Of a DNA stretch of 64,000 nucleotides, positions 60,461 to 64,000 are shown piece by piece. Source of the DNA: Sedimentisphaerales bacterium (GTDB lineage Bacteria; Planctomycetota; Phycisphaerae; Sedimentisphaerales; Anaerobacaceae); the NCBI GenBank assembly GCA_040772485.1, contig JAXGYC010000008.1:288001-352000 (forward strand). Direction: 5' to 3'. The notes beneath the pieces were generated by a model. That model searched no databases, had not been told where the DNA came from, and saw only the letters and a list, made by a program, of their open reading frames with translations. The position numbers were made by a program, and so were the translations under genes. Position 1 is the first letter of the stretch; each line of letters begins with the position of its first letter.

Positions 60461-61279
60461 TTACCTGGGCTCCCACAGAGGGGTCCGATTGTGGTACGTC
60501 TTCTCGTCGGCCTGGCCCACCGTCTCCACCTCGAGCGCCGACGCCTCCATGCGGTCCACATGACCATCGGCAAACCCGACGTTTACGGTCTTGTTGGCGT
60601 GCCGCCCGCCGATGGCGTCGTCGATCTGTGCGGGGAGCAACTCCCTGTCTGCATTGATCGCAAGACCCGGCACATACGCCGTGCCAACCGGCGCGCTGCC
60701 GGAGTAGCGTTTGGGAGGCTCCGCCGTGACATCCCACCAACAGATGAGCGCATATCCGCTGTCCACGAGCAAGAGGGTCGAGCCCGGGTGACGGATCTCG
60801 CTCGTCGACAGCGGAGGCCCCGGAAACCCCTGGCGGTAAGGAGCGATGTCGGCGGCGCTGCGGCACAGAGACCGATTGACGCCGTAGTTGCCCCACAGGA
60901 TGTCCTCGGACAACCCCGACTCCTGGAGCTGTCTTGACGGACACTCCAGAATCTTCCTGTCTCGTTGAGACTGATGGCGAACCGCACCGATGAAATTCGG
61001 CCAGTACCAGCCCGGCATATCATACCGGGAATCGCAGATGTATCCGCCGGGCGGGGGCGGCCGCATCGCCCAGATTCCATACGGCAGCGTCTCGTGTTCC
61101 GCTTCGTACTGATGGAACTCGATGGCCAACTCACGGATATGCGCCTGGCACACCGTCGCCCTGGCCTGTTCGCGAGCGCTCTGGAAGACCGGCAGCAGCA
61201 GCGCCGCCAGCATCGCGATGACCGCGATGACGACGAGCAGCTCGACCAGCGTGAGACCTCGGAACCTCATGGCCTGCAT
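60461..61279 (-). CDS. DUF1559-type prepilin N-terminal methylation protein with H-X9-DG motif
   Basis: GLTLVELLVVIAVIAMLAALLLP, CPS and RHANKTVNVGFADGHV motifs. Confidence 0.9.
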   Translation of the reverse strand: MQAMRFRGLTLVELLVVIAVIAMLAALLLPVFQSAREQARATVCQAHIRELAIEFHQYEAEHETLPYGIWAMRPPPPGGYICDSRYDMPGWYWPNFIGAVRHQSQRDRKILECPSRQLQESGLSEDILWGNYGVNRSLCRSAADIAPYRQGFPGPPLSTSEIRHPGSTLLLVDSGYALICWWDVTAEPPKRYSGSAPVGTAYVPGLAINADRELLPAQIDDAIGGRHANKTVNVGFADGHVDRMEASALEVETVGQADEKTYHNRTPLWEPR

Positions 61280-61383
61280 TGTAGAGCCGGCAACGCCTGC
61301 GTCAATCGCGGAGCACCCGACGCGAGCAGGCGAGGACGGTTGCCTCTTCGCCTGCTCGCCGCCGCGCGGCACATCAGACGACT

Positions 61384-63180
61384 TCAATTGCACGCGCTCA
61401 TGCCATACCAGTCCCAGATGCCGGTCACCTGACAACTGCCGCGAATATCCCAGATACAATCGCTGCCGGCCATCTGAGCCAGAATGTCAGTCTTACAACT
61501 TCCGCTCGGAGCTTCCTCGCAGCCCCATCGCTCGAAGTACCACTGGAAGTAGCCATAGCAGCCCCATCCGTTCGCGGCGGACTCGCACATAATGACGTAC
61601 TCGTCCTGAATCTTCATCGTGCAGCTCCAGCCGGCCCCGCCGCTGATGCCGCGCAGCGCATCGTCTGCGATGTCCGCGAACTGCCCTGTCACAGGCTGAT
61701 TCGACACCAGCAAGGCAACCCCGGACCACTCGCTTGCCAGGAAGCGCTTGTCCGTTCGGGAGTAGAACCTGTCGCCGGCCAGATCGACAATCCAGGCGTA
61801 CCGATCGTCGACGTGGTCCAGGACCACGAAATGGTCCTGTCCAGGGATGTGGAGAATCGCCCGGCACCCGTTCAGACCCTCTTCGAAGGCGGCGACGTCT
61901 GCCTGCACGGCACGACAATGCAGACCCAGATCCTGGGCGCACTGCCGGATGTCGTACAGTGTCGTGCGCCCGTCCGAATCGACCAGTTGGCCCAGTTGAC
62001 TGTCTGCCGGGACCTTGCCCAACTGCGCTGTCGCGTACCGGAGCGAGGCGGTGGCGCAATTCTGAGGCTGCCTGTCCTGGCAGGCAGCGTAGGTCAGTCT
62101 GTCGGCCAGCAGGAGACCCGTGTCGACCGCGTTGGAGTAGTTGTACACCAATGCCTTGGCGCTCATCGGCGAGTAATACTCGACGGCGGTGCCGGCGCCG
62201 AACGCCACTTTGAACGCCTCGACCCCCGGAGAACCGACGTCGACGGAGGTGAAATCCCACTCGTCGGATCGGAGCAACCGGTTGGTGAAGGCGTCTCGCT
62301 GTTCGATCGCGACGGACTTGGGAACCCAGTACCCGCCGACATCCCGGTAGCCGGAGCAGCCGATGGACGTCACGATGTCACCGCTCGGCATGACGGCGGA
62401 CGTCACGGCATAGTCCTTCGACGGATCCAGCGTGAAGGTCCATTGCGAACCGCCCGACGGTGTGATGGCCAGTTCTATCTGCCTGCTGCCATCACGAGCG
62501 ACCTCGCTGGCCGCGATCTCTGCGGCCGCCAGATCCTCGGAGGACAGCGGGCCGGAACCCCACGGGATGACGCCTGCGGTCAACGGACCGGCGACGACGC
62601 GAGGCAGCCGGTTGCTCGCATCAACGATGGCCTCACCGGCCGAGACGGCATGAATCGTATATTCCTGCCCGTCCCAGGCGAAGACCCGCCGGCTGTTCCA
62701 ATCCTGGTTGAAGTACCTGGCCATGTAATTGCCGGCCAGGTCGGCCGACGGGGCAACCGAATCGCTGCGCGACAAGATCACCACCTCCCAATAAAACCGG
62801 TCCCCATCGTACTTGAGCACAACTGATGAGGTCATGCTGGACTCGTTGGACAGCTCGTATCGAACGTTGAACGGGATGGCCTCCAGGTACATTTTCTGGA
62901 GTTCCTCGCTGCGCTGGGCCTTGTCGGCCGTCGTCTCGTATTCACTCGTCTTCTCTTCGATTGTTCGAGCGATAAACGCCTCGTCCATCGTCCTGGGGGC
63001 CTTGTACTCCCGATGCGTTGCCTTGATGGTTCCGGCCGGAATCCAGGCATCCCGGCCCGCACTGGCAAGCTTCTCGATAATCTCCAGCGTTTCGCTCTTT
63101 TCCAGCGTACTCTGGGCATGTACCGGGGCCGCCGTACACAACGCCAGAAACAGAATCAATGCCGATCTTGCAAATCTCAT
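61384..63180 (-). CDS. Secreted LolA-like + peptidase C39 + double-Gly leader + Cys-rich peptide fusion
   Basis: AAGGAGG RBS; signal peptide (VHA); QNCATASL, ILHIPGQDHFVVL, WIVD and EWSGVALLV; DIADDALRGISGG; 8-Cys tail. Confidence 0.8.
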   Translation of the reverse strand: MRFARSALILFLALCTAAPVHAQSTLEKSETLEIIEKLASAGRDAWIPAGTIKATHREYKAPRTMDEAFIARTIEEKTSEYETTADKAQRSEELQKMYLEAIPFNVRYELSNESSMTSSVVLKYDGDRFYWEVVILSRSDSVAPSADLAGNYMARYFNQDWNSRRVFAWDGQEYTIHAVSAGEAIVDASNRLPRVVAGPLTAGVIPWGSGPLSSEDLAAAEIAASEVARDGSRQIELAITPSGGSQWTFTLDPSKDYAVTSAVMPSGDIVTSIGCSGYRDVGGYWVPKSVAIEQRDAFTNRLLRSDEWDFTSVDVGSPGVEAFKVAFGAGTAVEYYSPMSAKALVYNYSNAVDTGLLLADRLTYAACQDRQPQNCATASLRYATAQLGKVPADSQLGQLVDSDGRTTLYDIRQCAQDLGLHCRAVQADVAAFEEGLNGCRAILHIPGQDHFVVLDHVDDRYAWIVDLAGDRFYSRTDKRFLASEWSGVALLVSNQPVTGQFADIADDALRGISGGAGWSCTMKIQDEYVIMCESAANGWGCYGYFQWYFERWGCEEAPSGSCKTDILAQMAGSDCIWDIRGSCQVTGIWDWYGMSACN

Positions 63181-63391
63181 GGCCTACCTCCTTATCACAA
63201 AGTATTGTCGCAACAATACATACGCCGCATAAGCCAGCACCGGCCATTTGTCAGAACGCCAAGGCACGGCGAGGGGCACCCATTTGGAGGCGAAGTTCGC
63301 CGGGTAGATGTGGATACCCATCTGGAAAAATGAAGAAAATAAACCGCTCCGCTGTATCTCTGCGATTCTGTCCTGCTTGTGAGAAGGTTAC

Positions 63392-64000
63392 TCACGGCAC
63401 AGAATCTATCTCGTTGGGCTCGGGCGCAGATGGCACCGTATCCGTCCGCTCGAGCCAATACTCGCTGAACAGCGCCAAGTCGCGAACGTCGACCCGCTCA
63501 TCCGCATTCAGATCCGCCGCGACCGCCGCGTTCGGGTCCGAGACGACGCTCTGGCCCCAGAGACCCGCCAACGAGGCGTAATCAACGAAGTCGACAAGGG
63601 TATCCCCATCGAAATCACGCGACGGAACATGGTGAAAAGACAAGACCTGGATCAGAGTTGCTTCAAAAGGCGGTGGATCGGGCGGTTCCTGGCTGACTAC
63701 AACCGGGATGGGAAGTGCAGAGAGAGCATACAACCCGATGGCACAGACCCCGGTGTTCAATGCGTCATAGTCGAGAATGAATAGATCGCCCGCCGTCGCG
63801 TTCCAGGCGGGGAGTAGATCCACGCCGACACCAAGATCGTCTCGATACATGGTCACGAGAGCCCGTTCACCGGCAGCAGGAAGGCACGAGCCCACGTAGT
63901 TTCCTGTGTTCTCGTCATAGCCCCTCGGACAGAGAACGCCCTGTCTCTCGTTCTCCCAGGAAAGCCAGGACTTCACGCGCCAAGGTTTGGCGGTGTCGGA
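63392..64000 (-). CDS. C-terminal part of a protein with a dockerin-like/EF-hand pair (5' end outside window)
   Basis: RDFDGDTLVDFVDYASLAGLW and ADLNADERVDVRDLALFSEYWL repeats. Confidence 0.75.
   Translation of the reverse strand, partial: SDTAKPWRVKSWLSWENERQGVLCPRGYDENTGNYVGSCLPAAGERALVTMYRDDLGVGVDLLPAWNATAGDLFILDYDALNTGVCAIGLYALSALPIPVVVSQEPPDPPPFEATLIQVLSFHHVPSRDFDGDTLVDFVDYASLAGLWGQSVVSDPNAAVAADLNADERVDVRDLALFSEYWLERTDTVPSAPEPNEIDSVP

Overview
This is a high-GC bacterial chromosome segment. It most likely comes from a Planctomycetota (Phycisphaerae/Sedimentisphaerales-like) genome, inferred from a DUF1559/H-X9-DG prepilin-like gene, a dockerin-like C-terminus, sulfatases and ECF sigma factors. 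The backbone carries hexokinase, a NagB fusion, csp, two sulfatases, an SDR, larE, der, cstA, a cdaA operon, a UROD-family enzyme, GH2, a sugar porter, a DUF362 protein, ilvB-ilvB-ilvN, tRNA-Thr(CGT) and tRNA-Ser(GGA). Four nucleotidyltransferase-type toxin-antitoxin pairs, several lower-GC cargo genes and many small palindromic repeats are interspersed. The repeats include GTAG-footed REP/BIME clusters, MITE-like hairpins and a ~24-nt element that nests inside other repeats. The strongest candidate for an undescribed system is at 58.2-64 kb. There, a secreted protein fuses a LolA-like domain, a C39 cysteine peptidase, an internal double-glycine leader and an 83-aa, 8-Cys/7-Trp cargo peptide, so it looks like a self-processing peptide precursor. 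It lies next to an ECF sigma factor whose anti-sigma carries four tandem zinc-binding motifs. Also notable: an MNT-HEPN cassette bracketed by a 71-bp duplication of a host gene end and REP feet, a REP composite translated in frame inside a GH2 gene, and a candidate anti-Shine-Dalgarno sRNA. No integrase, transposase, CRISPR array or rRNA was seen. All family assignments come from motifs read by eye; no database searches were run.
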